Positions 30,885-41,571 of a stretch of DNA of 64,000 nucleotides are shown in pieces. The stretch comes from an uncultured cyanobacterium (GTDB lineage Bacteria; Cyanobacteriota; Cyanobacteriia; Cyanobacteriales; Nostocaceae): positions 3,456,001-3,520,000 of the forward strand of contig CAVUDP010000002.1 in NCBI GenBank assembly GCA_963740315.1, in the 5' to 3' direction. How positions within the stretch are numbered: position 1 is the stretch's first letter; the number at the start of each line of letters is the position of its first letter. The position numbers and the translations under genes are program-made. Under the pieces are notes generated by a model that worked only from the letters and a program-made list of their open reading frames with translations, was not told the origin of the DNA and ran no database searches.

Positions 30885-31016
30885 TTGCGTAAAAATTCAT
30901 CACAGATGTATTAGAGGAAACACACAGAGTTAACAAAAATATTTATACTACAAATGTAGTAACCGACTCAACGGTCACTACATTTGTGTTTAAATCCACC
31001 TGATTCTTAAAGTACT

Positions 31017-31232
31017 ATGAAAATCAAAAATCAGGTTACGCTTGTTGTGTCAATTATTTTAATCTCTATTGGAACTGCAACTGCTCAGACTCAATCTACG
31101 CCGTCAAACCTCGATTTACAAATAGAAAAATTAGAAGAATTAGAAAAGCTTCAGCGAGAGCAAGAGACAAAAGCTTTTATAGAAAAAGAAGTAGAAGAAG
31201 AAGTCGATCGCAGTGTTGGTTTAAAAAGTTGA
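31017..31232 (+). CDS. Short secreted hypothetical protein, possibly a truncated remnant
   Basis: Signal-peptide-like N-terminus and charged helix; ends shortly after a HIP1-like site. Confidence 0.4.
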   Translation: MKIKNQVTLVVSIILISIGTATAQTQSTPSNLDLQIEKLEELEKLQREQETKAFIEKEVEEEVDRSVGLKS

Positions 31233-31313
31233 TTGAGGAATAGTTTTTCTAGCTAGAAAAATATAAAAATAAATAGTGTAGATAAGTTGCATTGTAACGT
31301 CTTTGTATATTAT

Positions 31314-31482
31314 TCGGACTTACCCAACTGGCACATTCTTCTTGTAGGGGAGGCAAAAAGCGGTGTAGATTAACTTCGGGCTTTATTGCCGTTGTGTGAC
31401 GCATTTATCTCGTTTGAACGTAGGAATAAGGTTTGTAGCGTCACGCACCATCAACCATTTGTGACAATACCGTAAGTTCTGA
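31314..31482. mobile_element. MITE/REP-like element (family A)
   Basis: TCGGACTTAC...GTGTGACGC-loop-GCGTCACGCACCATCAACCATTTGTGACAATACCGTAAGTTCTGA, similar to 21861-22013. Confidence 0.7.
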
Positions 31483-31577
31483 TTATATTATTTTGATTTG
31501 TATAAGGAATTTAGTGAAATGGTATTAGGGTGCGGCGCATCCTCTGAGACGTAGCAGTGCTACGTCTCTACATTTTT

Positions 31578-32450
31578 TTACAAATATTTCTGCAACAATA
31601 ATTTTAATTTTTCTTTGGTTTTGGCTGGTGCTTTATCCAAAGGTGTCAAAATTGCATATTTTAACGCTGAATGTGCTTCGCTCTGGGGTGGATTTTTACT
31701 CAAACGTTTCACCGTTTCTTGAATTACCTTTTGAGCGTTAACGGCATTTTTTTGTAAATTAGCAACTACCATTTCTACAGTTACACTATCATGGTCGGAA
31801 TGCCAGCAATCGTAATCTGTCGCTAAAGCCAAAGTTGTATATGCAATTTCCGCTTCTCGTGCTAATTTCGCTTCGGTTAAATTTGTCATGCCGATAACCG
31901 TTGCATTCCAACTGCGGTACAAATGCGACTCCGCTTTAGTCGAAAAAGCTGGTCCCTCCATACACACATAAGTACCGCCACGGTGTAAAGTGACATCGGG
32001 AAGATTGAGAGAAGCGATCGCATCCGTTAATATGTCAGCTAAATTATTGCAAATTGGATCGCCAAATGTAATGTGAGCAACAATTCCTTCACCGAAAAAG
32101 GTGGAAATCCGATGTTGTGTGCGATCGATAAATTGATTTGGTACCACCATATCCAGCGGTTTAACTTCTTCCTTCAACGAACCTACCGCAGAAGCTGAGA
32201 TAATATACTCCACACCCAATTGTTTCATGGCGTAGATATTAGCGCGAAATGGTAATTCCGAAGGTAAAAGCGTATGATTGCGGTTGTGTCTGGGTAAAAA
32301 AGCAACCTGCGTACCTTCTATAGTTCCTACAATCAAAGCATCTGAAGGTTTACCAAATGGGGTTTCTACCTCAATTTCTTCAATATTTGTCAGCGCATCC
32401 ATCTTGTATAAACCACTGCCACCGATCACCCCAACTTGAGCCTGTGCCAT
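31578..32450 (-). CDS. mtnP: S-methyl-5'-thioadenosine phosphorylase
   Basis: [44 protein letters not shown]. Confidence 0.95.
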   Translation of the reverse strand: MAQAQVGVIGGSGLYKMDALTNIEEIEVETPFGKPSDALIVGTIEGTQVAFLPRHNRNHTLLPSELPFRANIYAMKQLGVEYIISASAVGSLKEEVKPLDMVVPNQFIDRTQHRISTFFGEGIVAHITFGDPICNNLADILTDAIASLNLPDVTLHRGGTYVCMEGPAFSTKAESHLYRSWNATVIGMTNLTEAKLAREAEIAYTTLALATDYDCWHSDHDSVTVEMVVANLQKNAVNAQKVIQETVKRLSKNPPQSEAHSALKYAILTPLDKAPAKTKEKLKLLLQKYL

Positions 32451-32646
32451 TATAATTTCCTGTAAATTGCTGTTGTGTCGTGGTTATTTTATATCGTTTA
32501 TGATTGTCGGAGAATAAATAGAATAATAAATAAAAAAAAACCGCAGAGACAAGCCACTGCGTTGCGGAGGTTCCATCCGTTGTAGCAAGTGGCGTGCGGA
32601 GAGCGCAGAGGAAGAGATTACAGAGGTCATTTCGATTGTTTATAAG

Positions 32647-33225
32647 TTAATTTGATTCGGAATTTTCTAATATTGCATCTTCATAAAGTAGCTCGATGGG
32701 AAATTTAAAATCAACGCTAGTTAAATCAACATCACCTCGATCGTAAGTGTGTAGTTCCCACAAACCGTTATCGTTGAGTCGGAAAGATTCCACCATCATC
32801 TGTTCGGCGCTAATTAAAACATATTCTTTTAAAGTTGAAATCTGCCGATAGTTTTGAAATTTTTTACCCCTATCTATTCCTTCTGTACTAAGAGAAAGAA
32901 CTTCTACAATTAAACAAGGATGATAAATAACTTTTGTAGCGCGTTTGTCTCTTTCGTCGCAACTTACCATTACATCGGGATAATGAAAAGGACCATTTTC
33001 TGATACTCCGACTTTGGCATCAGCCATCTGTACTTTACAGCCTTTCCCTCGTAGGTGATTCTTGAGAGCAGAGGCTAAATTTAAGGCAACATCATTGTGG
33101 GGAATGGTTCCCCCTGTCATGGCAAAAGCTTCGCCGTTGATGTATTCGTATTTGAGTGGCTGTTGTTCTTCCCAGTCGAAATATTCCTGGGGTGTCATGT
33201 ATTGATAATTAGGAATTGCGACCAT
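32647..33225 (-). CDS. Uma2-family putative endonuclease
   Basis: YEYINGE.FAMTGGT..H, YPDVMVSC, PCLIVEVLS, EYVLIS. Confidence 0.92.
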   Translation of the reverse strand: MVAIPNYQYMTPQEYFDWEEQQPLKYEYINGEAFAMTGGTIPHNDVALNLASALKNHLRGKGCKVQMADAKVGVSENGPFHYPDVMVSCDERDKRATKVIYHPCLIVEVLSLSTEGIDRGKKFQNYRQISTLKEYVLISAEQMMVESFRLNDNGLWELHTYDRGDVDLTSVDFKFPIELLYEDAILENSESN

Positions 33226-33397
33226 GATTTTTTCCTCATTTAGTTATATTGTGATGTTAACAGTGGAATTGAAGTTAAAATTTTGAACTTATTATCAGCT
33301 AATTTGATTCGGAATTTTCAAATTCTACATCCTTATAAATCCAATTCAATATCAAAAGCGAACTACTTGTATTTCAAACCTATGAAAATTACACAGC

Positions 33398-33430
33398 AAA
33401 AAACACCCCCCGACTGTTCGGAGGGTGTTC
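33398..33430 (-). terminator. Intrinsic terminator downstream of psbA
   Basis: ACACCCCCCGA-CTGT-TCGGAGGGTGT hairpin followed by T6 on the - strand. Confidence 0.8.
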
Positions 33431-33479
33431 TTTAAAGACGTAAAATTTTACGTCTCTACATTCATTTATTATTTAATTT

Positions 33480-34562
33480 TTAACCGTTGATTGCGGGAGC
33501 GCTGACTGCAACAGGTGCAGATTCAAGAGCAGCTAAATCAAGTGGGAAGTTGTGAGCGTTGCGCTCGTGCATTACTTCCATACCCAAGTTAGCGCGGTTC
33601 AATACATCAGCCCAAGTGTTGATTACTCTTCCACTTGAATCAATTACAGACTGGTTGAAGTTGAAACCGTTCAAGTTGAATGCCATTGTGCTGATTCCCA
33701 AAGCGGTAAACCAGATTCCTACAACGGGCCATGCTGCTAAGAAGAAGTGCAAGCTACGGCTGTTATTGAAAGAAGCATATTGGAAAATCAAACGACCAAA
33801 GTAACCGTGTGCAGCTACGATGTTGTAGGTTTCTTCTTCTTGACCGAATTTGTAACCGTAGTTCTGTGATTCGGTTTCGGTTGTTTCACGTACCAAGCTC
33901 GAAGTTACCAAAGAACCGTGCATAGCACTGAACAAGGAACCGCCAAATACTGCTGCAACACCTAACTGATGGAAGGGGTGCATCAAGATATTGTGTTCAG
34001 CTTGGAACACGAACATGAAGTTAAAGGTACCGGAGATACCCAAAGGCATACCGTCGGAGAAAGAACCTTGTCCAATTGGGTAGATCAAGAATACTGCGGT
34101 TGCTGCTGCTACTGGAGCAGAGAAAGCAACACAGATCCAAGGGCGCATACCTAAGCGGTAGGATAATTCCCACTCACGACCTAAGTAGCAAAATACTCCA
34201 ATTAAGAAGTGGAATACTACCAACTGGTAAGGACCACCGTTGTACAACCACTCATCTAAGGAAGCAGCTTCCCAGATTGGGTAGAAGTGCAAACCAATAG
34301 CGTTAGAAGAAGGTACAACAGCACCGGAGATGATGTTGTTTCCGTAGATCAACGAACCTGCAACAGGCTCGCGGATACCATCGATGTCAACAGGCGGAGC
34401 TGCAACAAAAGCGATGATGAAACAAGTGGTAGCAGCTAAGAGGGTAGGAATCATCAACATTCCAAACCAACCGATGTATAAACGATTGTTTGTGCTGGTG
34501 ATCCATCCGCAGAACTGTTCCCACGCAGAAGCGCTCTCGCGTCTTTGTAATGTGGTTGTCAT
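33480..34562 (-). CDS. psbA: Photosystem II D1 protein (standard oxygen-evolving form, Glu130)
   Basis: Full 360-aa D1; ligands D170, E189, H332, E333, D342, A344 intact. Confidence 0.99.
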   Translation of the reverse strand: MTTTLQRRESASAWEQFCGWITSTNNRLYIGWFGMLMIPTLLAATTCFIIAFVAAPPVDIDGIREPVAGSLIYGNNIISGAVVPSSNAIGLHFYPIWEAASLDEWLYNGGPYQLVVFHFLIGVFCYLGREWELSYRLGMRPWICVAFSAPVAAATAVFLIYPIGQGSFSDGMPLGISGTFNFMFVFQAEHNILMHPFHQLGVAAVFGGSLFSAMHGSLVTSSLVRETTETESQNYGYKFGQEEETYNIVAAHGYFGRLIFQYASFNNSRSLHFFLAAWPVVGIWFTALGISTMAFNLNGFNFNQSVIDSSGRVINTWADVLNRANLGMEVMHERNAHNFPLDLAALESAPVAVSAPAING

Positions 34563-34622
34563 GGTTCGGATAATTGCGTTTTTGTTATGTATGTGTAAGC
34601 TGTTTTGCTTACCTATATTTAT

Positions 34623-34651
34623 ACATTAACCTACTTTTGAAGTTTTGTAAA
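34623..34651 (-). promoter_or_regulatory. psbA promoter
   Basis: -35 TTTACA and -10 TAATGT with a 17-nt spacer on the - strand. Confidence 0.6.
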
Positions 34652-34836
34652 GCTTTTTTAATAAAGTTTGTTTTATACAACTGATATGTTAAACCTATCA
34701 ATCGATGCAGGTTGCCAGCTTTTGACTATCCGATTGCTGATGGTGTCTAAGGTTCCATTTATTTAAGCTGACTATATATATAAAGAAGGGAGTGGGCACA
34801 ATAGATATTCACTCCTTCTCATCATTGGTAAATCAT

Positions 34837-37101
34837 ATGAATAAAGATAATTCCAATTCTCAACCAATACCAATTTTTAATAATACAAACGAAGATACAC
34901 CGGAAATGGGTGGAGGTTTATCTGTAATTGGCTATTGGGCAGAACATACTTTGTCACCGGAAGGAGCTAAACTTTGGAAAACTTTACTGCATAAAAGCGC
35001 TTGTTTATCTTGCTCTTGGGGAACTGGTGGACAAAAAGGTGGTTTTACTAACGAGTCAGGGGAAAAGTTGCAGCGCTGTATGAAGAGTGTTGAGTCAATC
35101 TCGGCAGAAATTAAACCTGCAATTCCCAAACAATTTTTTGAACAGCGCAATATTGGACAACTGCAACAACTTACGTCACGAGAAGCCGATCGCCTTGGAA
35201 GATGGAGTTTCCCTGTAATATTACGTCCTGGCTCGTCGCATTACGAACAAATAAGCTGGGATGAAATTTATCAAATTGCTGAGAAAGCCTTTGCTAAAAC
35301 CCCCGAAAGAGTAGCTTCCTACAGTTCCGGACGTTCTTCCAACGAAGCAGCTTTTTTATTACAGTTGATGATGAGGACGTTAGGTTCTAATAATTTAGCT
35401 GATTGCTCGGATTTATGTCACGCTCCTTCGAGTTTCGGGTTGAAACAAAGTCTTGGTACTGGTACTTCTGTTGTTAGTTTAGAAAGTTTGAAACAAGCAG
35501 ATTGTGTGGTTTTAGCTGGTTCTAATGCTGCTTACAACCATCCCCGGTTGATGAATGAATTGATTAAATTAAGGGAGCGTGATGGTAAGGTAATTGTTAT
35601 TAATCCGATGAAAGAAATCGGTTTAGTAAAATTTGCTTCTCCTGCATTCCCCGTATCGCTGTTTACAGGTTCGGATATTGCTTCTGTTTACTTACAGCCA
35701 ATTCCCGGTAGCGATGTGGCATTATTTACGGGAATTCAAAAAGCTTTGTGGGAAAAAGGTAAGATTAAAAATGAGTTTTTACAAGCTCATACAGAAAATT
35801 ATCAAGAGGTAATTAGTCACCTTAAAAATACATCTTGGGAAACAATTACTTCAACTTGCGGTGTATCTCAAACAGAAATTGAAACTGCTGCAAATATAAT
35901 TACTAATTCTCAAAAAGTTGTATTTGCTTGGGCTATGGGAATTACCCAACAGAAAAATGGTGTTGATAACGTTTATAGTATCGTTAACACCGCCTTAATG
36001 ACTGGTAACATCGGTAGAATGGGAACCGGAGTCATGCCAGTAAGGGGACATTCCAACGTTCAAGGCTTTGGTTCAATGGGTGTCACGGTAAGACTTAAAA
36101 AAGAAATTCAACAAGCATTAGAGAAATTATTAGGGCGATCGCTTTCTAAAGTTAAAGGATACGATACCCACGCTTTAATCGAAGCTGCTGATGCTGGTAA
36201 AGTTGATACATTAATTTGCGTTGGTGGTAATTTATATGCTGCTAACCCGGATTCTGGGAAGGTAAAAAGAGCATTAAATAAAATTGAAACGATTATTTAT
36301 CTTGCAACAAAACCAAATCTCGGACATTTTCACGGATTAGCAAATCAAAACACAATTATTATTCCCGTATTTAACCGCTTTGAAAATCCTCATAAAACTA
36401 CAGTGGAATCCGGTAATAACTTTGTTCGACTCAACGACGAAGGAGAAACCCATCTCAAAAAAGGCGATTTGATTGCAGAAGTAGACTTTTTAACCGAATT
36501 AGCCGATCGCATACATGGAGAGTATCCCGTCAACTGGCGTAAATTGCAGGATACCAAATACGTTAGACAATTGATAGCTCAAACAATTCCGGGATACGAA
36601 AAAATAGGAGAGATTGATGAAACAGAAGCAGAATTTACTATTAGCGGCAGGATTTTAAAAAGTCCTCAATTTCCCACAGCTTCCGGTAAAGCCAAAATGT
36701 TCGTTACACCTTTACCAAAGTTGAAACTTCCGGAGATAAAAGATTTTGAAGTTGCCGACGGTACGCAAGGAATAGTTGTCGCATTAATGACCGGACGTAG
36801 TTACGCTCAACATAATACAGTAGTTTATCAAACTGAAGATAAATATCGCGGAATACCACATCGTAACTGTATTTTGATGAATAAAAATGATGTTGAAAAA
36901 GCAGGTTTTAGAGAGCATCAACGGGTGACGGTAAAAGGGAATGTAGGGGAATTAGAGAATGTAGAAATAATTTTTGGAGAAGTGCGGGAAGGTGCGGGAG
37001 TGATGTTTTATCCGGAAGTGAATGTAATTTTTAAAGCCGAAGTTGAAGAGCGTAGTGGTACTCCGGCTTTTAAAAGAGTTCCGGTGTTGGTTTATAAATA
37101 A
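34837..37101 (+). CDS. FdhF/YdeP-family molybdopterin oxidoreductase
   Basis: CLSCSWG, YSSGRSSNEAAF, NNLADCSDLCH, PVRGHSNVQG, YPEVN. Confidence 0.9.
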   Translation: MNKDNSNSQPIPIFNNTNEDTPEMGGGLSVIGYWAEHTLSPEGAKLWKTLLHKSACLSCSWGTGGQKGGFTNESGEKLQRCMKSVESISAEIKPAIPKQFFEQRNIGQLQQLTSREADRLGRWSFPVILRPGSSHYEQISWDEIYQIAEKAFAKTPERVASYSSGRSSNEAAFLLQLMMRTLGSNNLADCSDLCHAPSSFGLKQSLGTGTSVVSLESLKQADCVVLAGSNAAYNHPRLMNELIKLRERDGKVIVINPMKEIGLVKFASPAFPVSLFTGSDIASVYLQPIPGSDVALFTGIQKALWEKGKIKNEFLQAHTENYQEVISHLKNTSWETITSTCGVSQTEIETAANIITNSQKVVFAWAMGITQQKNGVDNVYSIVNTALMTGNIGRMGTGVMPVRGHSNVQGFGSMGVTVRLKKEIQQALEKLLGRSLSKVKGYDTHALIEAADAGKVDTLICVGGNLYAANPDSGKVKRALNKIETIIYLATKPNLGHFHGLANQNTIIIPVFNRFENPHKTTVESGNNFVRLNDEGETHLKKGDLIAEVDFLTELADRIHGEYPVNWRKLQDTKYVRQLIAQTIPGYEKIGEIDETEAEFTISGRILKSPQFPTASGKAKMFVTPLPKLKLPEIKDFEVADGTQGIVVALMTGRSYAQHNTVVYQTEDKYRGIPHRNCILMNKNDVEKAGFREHQRVTVKGNVGELENVEIIFGEVREGAGVMFYPEVNVIFKAEVEERSGTPAFKRVPVLVYK

Positions 37102-37215
37102 TGATGTGTTTATAGAATATTTTATATTTTACCCAATCCGGCGGTTGAAACCGCTGCTACACAGGCGAAACCCACCTGCGTGGGTTACAAAGATGTGAAA
37201 TTATATGATTTTCCT

Positions 37216-37284
37216 GTAGGGTGCTGTGACGACTGCGATAAATTATGGTTTTTAAGCAGTATATTAATTATGTCGTCACGCACC
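37216..37284. repeat. REP-like element (family A)
   Basis: GTAGGGTGCTGTGACGAC-loop-GTCGTCACGCACC. Confidence 0.75.
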
Positions 37285-37443
37285 AATGAGTAACTGTGAC
37301 GATACTTGAACGATGAATGTATAAAAACCTTACTAGACACTAAGAGCGCAGAGGCAAGAGGTAAAAAGGTATGATTAGTTTTACAGGAGAACTTTGCACT
37401 CCTTTGCTTTTAAATATATTATTCCGATTCAAACAGATTTGAG

Positions 37444-37899
37444 ATGACGGATAAATTATTAGCAGACGGCTACGATGATTTTTTACAGCAAGTAAAACAA
37501 CGTATTCGTACTGCACAAGTAAAAGCATCGTTATCAGTTAACCGCGAACTGATACTACTATACTGGCAAATTGGATATGAAATATTAACGCGATCGCAAA
37601 AACAGGGATGGGGTGCAAAGGTAGTTACTAAGCTTGCGAAGGATTTAAAAAATGCGTTCCCAGATATGAAAGGTTTTTCCGAACGTAATCTTAAATATAT
37701 GAGGACTTTTGCAGAAACTTATCCCGATGAGCAAATAGTGCAACAGCTTGTTGCACAAATTCCTTGGGGACATAATCTGCGTATTTTAGATAGCGTCAAA
37801 GAAACTTCAGTTCGACTTTTGTACGTACAAAAAACAATCGAAAATGGTTGGAGTCGTAATGTTTTAGTTCATCAAATAGAAAGCGATTTGTATAACCGT
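37444..37899 (+). pseudogene. YhcG/DUF1016 N-terminal domain, truncated (PD-(D/E)xK nuclease half missing)
   Basis: VNRELILLYWQIG, WGAKVV, GFSERNLKYMR, IPWGHN, WSRNVL.HQIES; similarity ends at a TTTTAGA repeat tract. Confidence 0.8.
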
Positions 37900-38002
37900 C
37901 ATTCGATTTTAGATTTTAGATTTCCGATTTTGGATTGTCATATATTTCAGGCAAGCTGCATAATTTCCCCGTACTGTCATTGTTTGTGGATGACTTACAC
38001 CC

Positions 38003-38173
38003 AACTTTGATTCCTGCCTTTCCTTCATTCTTCACCGTCACTTGTAACTCTAGCTCTACAGAATCGACGCTGAGTAAAGGAATATCGTTTTCGTTTTCTG
38101 GTGAAGTTGTTAGCAGTTCTTGTTTAACCTGCTCGATTAACTCTGTGAGTCCAATAAGGTTTTGTTCGGACAT
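38003..38173 (-). pseudogene. Trypco2 (trypsin-co-occurring domain 2) fragment
   Basis: IGLTELIEQVKQEL...LSVDSVELELQVTV..EGKAGIKV, then divergence. Confidence 0.65.
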
Positions 38174-38363
38174 GGGAATTTGTATACATATTTACTTTTA
38201 GATAATCCCATAATTTTTTATACACAGGTATCAAATTAATAGTATTTTCAGAATAATGAGAAAATTTATAACACTTAATTTTATTAACTAATATGAAAGC
38301 ATATTGCGGTTAAAGCATGAATTATAAGACTTACATTAGTGGAGTAATAGTCATAACGAGCCA

Positions 38364-38816
38364 GATGGTGCGTGACGCTAGAAGATTTCTAACCATGTAG
38401 AAAATTTTTAAAGCGTCACACACCCTACAAGAAAATATGTGCCATCTGCGTAAGTAGTAAATAAAAAAGTACCTATTATTATCGTGACTAAACCGATTGT
38501 TTTTTAGTCCTATTTATAGGACTTTCGCTATTAGCCAGGGGTTTGCAACCCCTGGTGGGTATGAACGCAGTCGAATAATTATGATTTATCAGAACTATAA
38601 AGAATTTCAAACCATCCACTTGGGTTTGATTATCTCAAGGATTGATTTGCTAATGTTTTAACTCTATCTTGTATCTCTTTTGGTTGTTTCTCAAACATTT
38701 TTTTGCCATCTTTTTTAATTATAAAATGTGGAGGTAAGCAAAGGAAAATTGTAGGGTGTGTGACGCTTTTAAAGTTAACATACATACTGATAATATTCCT
38801 AGCGTCACGCACCATC
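38364..38816. repeat. Inverted pair of family-A REP-like elements enclosing a family-C element
   Basis: Copy at 38367-38428 in - orientation and 38751-38813 in + orientation; family-C copy at 38506-38558. Confidence 0.8.
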
Positions 38817-38844
38817 CGATATTTATAATTTTCATAAATGCTTT

Positions 38845-39423
38845 TTATCCAAAAATTACCTGCAAATCCAAACTAAACCCCTCCAGCACATCTTCTCCAG
38901 ATAAACAGTTAGGAGATTTTAAAACTTCAACTTCCTTACCAATACGATAAATTTCCACCTGCTTATCTTTGGGATTAATCAACCAACCCAACCTTAAACC
39001 ATTCGCGATATATTCCCGCATCTTTTTTCTAGTATCTTCTACATCATCACTTTCCGATACTAATTCCACAGCAAAATCCGGACACAAAGGTAAATATTTC
39101 TTTCTTTGCTGTGGTGTTAATTCTTCCCATCTTTCTAATAGAATCCAAGAAGCATCGGGGGAACGAGTCGCACCGTTAGGAAGTTTAAAACCCGTAGACG
39201 AATCAAAAGCTTTTCCTAAATTATTTTTACGATTCCAAAACCATATTTGACCAGTTAAATCAAAATTAAGATTTCCCGTTTCTCCTCCGGTAGGTGACAT
39301 AATAATTAATTCCCCTTGAGCAGTCAATTCCAAGCGTAATTCTTGATTAAAAGCGACAATTTGCTCAAATTCATCATCTGTAAATTTGAGTTCGGGAGGT
39401 ATTTGTAAAGTTAAAGCAGTCAT
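38845..39423 (-). CDS. Uma2-family putative endonuclease
   Basis: LELTAQGELIIMSPTGGETG, FDSSTGF.LPNGA.RSPDASW, PDFAVELVS, LGWLINP. Confidence 0.93.
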   Translation of the reverse strand: MTALTLQIPPELKFTDDEFEQIVAFNQELRLELTAQGELIIMSPTGGETGNLNFDLTGQIWFWNRKNNLGKAFDSSTGFKLPNGATRSPDASWILLERWEELTPQQRKKYLPLCPDFAVELVSESDDVEDTRKKMREYIANGLRLGWLINPKDKQVEIYRIGKEVEVLKSPNCLSGEDVLEGFSLDLQVIFG

Positions 39424-40063
39424 AATAATTTATCCTATTATTTATATATATTTATACTTTAACTACATCTTCGTAAATTTAAGACATCATTAGAGTTAAG
39501 TCAATTGAATCTAAATGTAATTCATCCTCCTTCCCCAGGGTTTAAATTGACCAATTTCTTTGAATATATTTCTTATGAAGTATTAAATTAGACATTTAAA
39601 TCCTCTTAACGCAATCTGTCAAGTCTATTTATAATCATAACAATTGCAGTTGATATCACCGCAGCAATAATAGTAACCATGAATTTTGTGTTTGTTTAAT
39701 TATCTTCTATTTTTGTTACGTAACCCTGAGTTACACCACAGGCTAAAATATTTAAAAGTAAAATAATTCTCTTGTTTTCATTTTCTTTGATTCAACAAGT
39801 GAAAATTTCATTTTCAGTATTTTTGCTAGTGACAATTATTTTTAATTATGAATAGGATAAATAAATAATTTGTTTTATAAAATATAGCAATTCTCTATCA
39901 AGTGCAATATACACCTCAACTAATGTATGGGAAGTTACCTGAAAAGTTAGTTAGCAGGGTTATTTCTGATTCAAATATAGAATTAAACGCTAAATTTTAT
40001 ATTTCAATGATTTTACCTCCTAACTCAGAACAAAGATTTGATCGTAAAAACTACTAATTACCA

Positions 40064-41179
40064 ATGAAAATATTAATCCAGCACCGTCATTACGCAAACG
40101 AAATTAGTGGCGTTTTAACTTATATTAACTCTATTATTCCAGGGCTTGAAGCCACGGGCACAGAAATAAAAACTATTTCTAGCAGAGAAGATAACTTACA
40201 AAAATGGCTTAGCCTAATTTCCTGGGCAGATATAGTCCATATGAACTCCAATGATTTGTTGTTTGCAATTTTATGTAAGGCTTTAGGCAAAAAAATCATT
40301 ATTAAGTATCATTACCTTTTTTATCAATCTACTCATACTAACTACGAGGAGATGACATTTATTCAAAGAATAAAAGCAGAATTGAAAAGGACCTTACCCA
40401 AAGCGACTTATCCTTTAAAATGGAAATTACATACTATTGTTAAATGGGCAAAACTTGCCGCTCGCATTTCTACAGCCTTCTTTGCAGATTATCATGCTGC
40501 TTGTAGTGATTTTTTAGGTAATTCTTGTGCTTTCCCTTGGCAAGTACATACTTTATATTATCCGATTGAACCTAAGCATAAAAAGAGATTTAAAGCTCTG
40601 GATAAATTGTCCAAGCCATATAAGTTTGTTTTTGTTGGTAGGTTAGATCGTGATAAAGGAGTTGATATATTATTAAGAGCAATCAAGATTCTGCAAACTC
40701 AAAAATATGAATTTCAAGTTACGATTGTTGGAGATGGGATACAAGCGAAAAAACTCAAAGCATTAGCATCTGAATTAGATATTCTTAATAGCGTCAACTT
40801 TTTAGGCAAAATTCCCAACACAGAAGTCACCTCCATAATTGAAGATGCTTTAGCTTTAGCTGTTCCTTCTCGTTGGCAAGAACCAGCAGGTTATGTTGTT
40901 CTAGAAGCATCCAGCGTCCAAACTTGCTCAATTGTTTCTAAAATGGGAGGATTACCAGAAATAGCTGGACCTCAGAATTTGTTTTTCGAGAATGAAGATG
41001 CTGAAGGATTAGCCAAATGTATGAAAGAATGCTTAGACAATCCAGAAAAAGCAATAGAACGTGGCTTGTTATCTAGTGAATATGTAGGGCGATCGCTTTT
41101 CTTCTCAAGGTGCTGCACAAGAGTTAATGGATGTTTGTTACCAGTTGGCAGGGCAAACGCATCTAAATTTAAAAGGTAA
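40064..41179 (+). CDS. Glycosyltransferase family 4; probable +1 frameshift near 41088 alters the C-terminal helix
   Basis: FVGRLDRDKGV, IVGDG, PSRWQEPAGYVVLEA, GGLPE. Confidence 0.85.
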   Translation: MKILIQHRHYANEISGVLTYINSIIPGLEATGTEIKTISSREDNLQKWLSLISWADIVHMNSNDLLFAILCKALGKKIIIKYHYLFYQSTHTNYEEMTFIQRIKAELKRTLPKATYPLKWKLHTIVKWAKLAARISTAFFADYHAACSDFLGNSCAFPWQVHTLYYPIEPKHKKRFKALDKLSKPYKFVFVGRLDRDKGVDILLRAIKILQTQKYEFQVTIVGDGIQAKKLKALASELDILNSVNFLGKIPNTEVTSIIEDALALAVPSRWQEPAGYVVLEASSVQTCSIVSKMGGLPEIAGPQNLFFENEDAEGLAKCMKECLDNPEKAIERGLLSSEYVGRSLFFSRCCTRVNGCLLPVGRANASKFKR

Positions 41180-41319
41180 TGGTGCAGCTATGCTGCACTC
41201 AGCACCGTCCATGCAATCGCCCTGCGGGAGAACTGCTGCTCCGTCAATCTGTGGTAGCCTAAAAAATAACGACGTTAATTCGTTAAGACAACATTAATCT
41301 ATTATTCGACACAAAAAAA

Positions 41320-41393
41320 TCGGGATGACTGGATTCGAACCAGCGGCCCCTTCGTCCCGAACGAAGTGCGCTACCAAGCTGCGCCACATCCCG
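41320..41393 (-). tRNA. trnP: tRNA-Pro (anticodon CGG)
   Basis: CGGGATGTGGCGCAGCTTGGTAGCGCACTTCGTTCGGGACGAAGGGGCCGCTGGTTCGAATCCAGTCATCCCGA folds as a cloverleaf; CCA not encoded. Confidence 0.97.
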
Positions 41394-41571
41394 GCTGTAT
41401 GTCGGTTATTATATCACAGAAATTTAATGGAAGGATGGGGAGACAAGGGGATGAGGAGATGAGGAGATGGGGAGATGTAAACTGTTAACTGGTTACTGCT
41501 CACTGCTCACTGCTCACTGCTCACTGAATTTGCGTTACCATAAATCCTGTATATCAACAAGTGGTAGGATT

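Noticed and set aside
33480..34562. Rogue, far-red or microaerobic D1 variant
   Set aside because: All Mn-cluster ligands are present, and G80, F158 and T286 are the standard residues.
33559..34629. Antisense ORFs over psbA and other long genes
   Set aside because: Shadow frames of conserved coding sequence with no independent motifs.
38364..38816. Integron attC cassette array
   Set aside because: The arms lack the RYYYAAC/GTTRRRY core, orientations are mixed and no integrase is present; REP-like is a better fit.
41320..41393. tRNA-anchored integrative element
   Set aside because: No integrase and no duplicated tRNA 3' end were seen in the window.
41467..41571. N-terminal extension of LipA
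   Set aside because: It is encoded by CTGCTCA repeats; homology starts at the GTG at 41572.
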